A stretch of DNA of 64,000 nucleotides from Asterias rubens (lineage: Eukaryota). Shown in pieces: positions 62,663 through 64,000 of this stretch. The stretch lies in NCBI RefSeq assembly GCF_902459465.1, contig NC_047072.1:17174001-17238000 (forward strand), given 5' to 3'. The notes under the pieces are model-generated. The model was not told where the DNA came from. It ran no database searches and saw only the letters and a list, made by a program, of their open reading frames with translations. Within the stretch, counting starts at the first letter, position 1. Each line of letters opens with the position of its first letter. A program made the position numbers and the translations under genes.

Positions 62663-63914
62663 TGCGGAAACTACACTTACATCTTCGCTGCAAGAAATCC
62701 ACTTCACTGATGAGCTGTATAGACTTCAACAAGAATCTACTGGTCCTACCCATGGTTTGACACCCTACCCATGGTTGGACATCTTTGGCCATGGTTGGAC
62801 ATATTCGCTACCCACCCCCACCGGACAACAGACGCTGAAGAAACCTTGATCGTCGTGTGCACCGTCGTTTGAGGCCCAGTCTTCACGTCCCTTATTTTGC
62901 GGGTAGCTTCCTCCATTGCCGAGATCCTGAACCCCCCTGATGAAACAGTAGCCCAGCCTTGAACAACTGCTTCCTGAAACTCGGTAGCATTTTCATCACA
63001 AGTCAAGAGACATTAACAATTGTTCACCGTCGGGTCTTCAACAACGGCCGAAATACCTCTCCATTTATTTTTGAACGACAAGGAAATCGGGACACTAAGA
63101 TAATCACCGTGACGTCTTTAAACGATCGGGAAAACCTCACCATAGACTTCTTCGAACAGTAAGGAAAACACTACAATAGGCAATCACCGTCGGTCTTAAC
63201 AATCCGTCGGAATGCCTCCCCATGGACTTCTCTCTGAACAATGAGGAAACCTGAACAATCCTACTCAACTGTTTAAAGTTGAAAGGAAAGACTCATGTGC
63301 TTGAACGGGTAAATCACTGTATTAACAAACAAAACAGGTGTATTTTAAATTCCAGAGTATTTATAGATTCTTTGAAGTTGTATTATTGTGTAATCCCCAT
63401 TGAGTTTAGCTACTGAAGAATTTGTGCTTTTGTCAGATCACTTGTTTGCAAAACACTTTCATTGTATAGATTTGCTTTAAGTTCACTCACCTTTGTATTT
63501 CTATTGAGTTTGCGTTCCATTGACAGCTTGCAGCTCCATTATAGTTTTGTTTTTCTAGAACTACGAGAATTTTGGTTGCGAGTCCAAAAAAGTACAAATT
63601 TCGGTGTGAAGCATCAAAGTTTGTCTTGAGCGCCAGAAAGTCAATTGCTGCGTACGATTTTATGCTAGCCCTGGCTTGTGCTGCATAAAATTGGGTGAAG
63701 ATATATATACGTTTTGTTTTGCATTTTTTTAATCACCTGCCTTTTTGAATTTGCATATCGTGTTCAATCCAGATGTGTTTTGATTTGCGATGCTAATGGT
63801 TGATTTTTGACGCATTTTCAGAAATTGAATAGCAGTGTGAATTTCTATTGTTGTTTGTAATAACAAGTTTCTAGTAGATTTGTATACAAATTTCAGGTCA
63901 ACTTTGTTCTAGTC

Positions 63915-64000
63915 ATGGCAAACGCTAGCGACACTCCTGCTGAAGAGTACCAGTTTAGGAGCGACCATCCTCCTACATTAACTCCACAACGCCCAATACA
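63915..64000 (+). CDS. Possible start of the LTR element gag ORF (runs off the window)
   Basis: gtcATGG context, MANASDTPAEEYQFRSDHPPTLTPQRPI, open to the window end, 1.27 kb after the PBS. Too short to show a motif. Confidence 0.3.
   Translation, partial: MANASDTPAEEYQFRSDHPPTLTPQRPI

Overview
AT-rich, repeat-dense animal genomic DNA with spliceosomal introns and one 138-N assembly gap (28155-28292). The repeat families look like those of sea stars/echinoderms; this is an inference I have not verified. Three intron-containing genes lie on the minus strand. Two are paralogous iodothyronine-deiodinase-like selenoprotein genes: copy A (CDS 1112-7480, 5 exons, about 271 aa) and copy B (CDS 30361-34379, 5 exons, about 280 aa). 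Each has an in-frame TGA in an S-[IL]-S-U-P-P-F motif. A type II SECIS is visible behind copy A, but I could not find one behind copy B. Both proteins lack the usual N-terminal membrane anchor and the redox cysteines of vertebrate DIOs, and they share an unexplained N-terminal segment. The third gene is a two-exon FAM167-like coiled-coil gene (38497-51141). The rest of the window is mostly transposon-derived. It holds about 25 copies of a TTAA-flanked ~385 bp MITE plus related families, PIF/Harbinger-type MITEs, and Penelope-type remnants carrying minimal hammerhead ribozymes. It also holds a decayed L2/CR1-group LINE, an internally deleted Tc1 element, and the 5' LTR plus tRNA-Ala primer-binding site of an LTR retrotransposon inserted into a MITE at the right edge. 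Most short ORFs in the supplied track are repeat-derived or antisense shadows of real exons.
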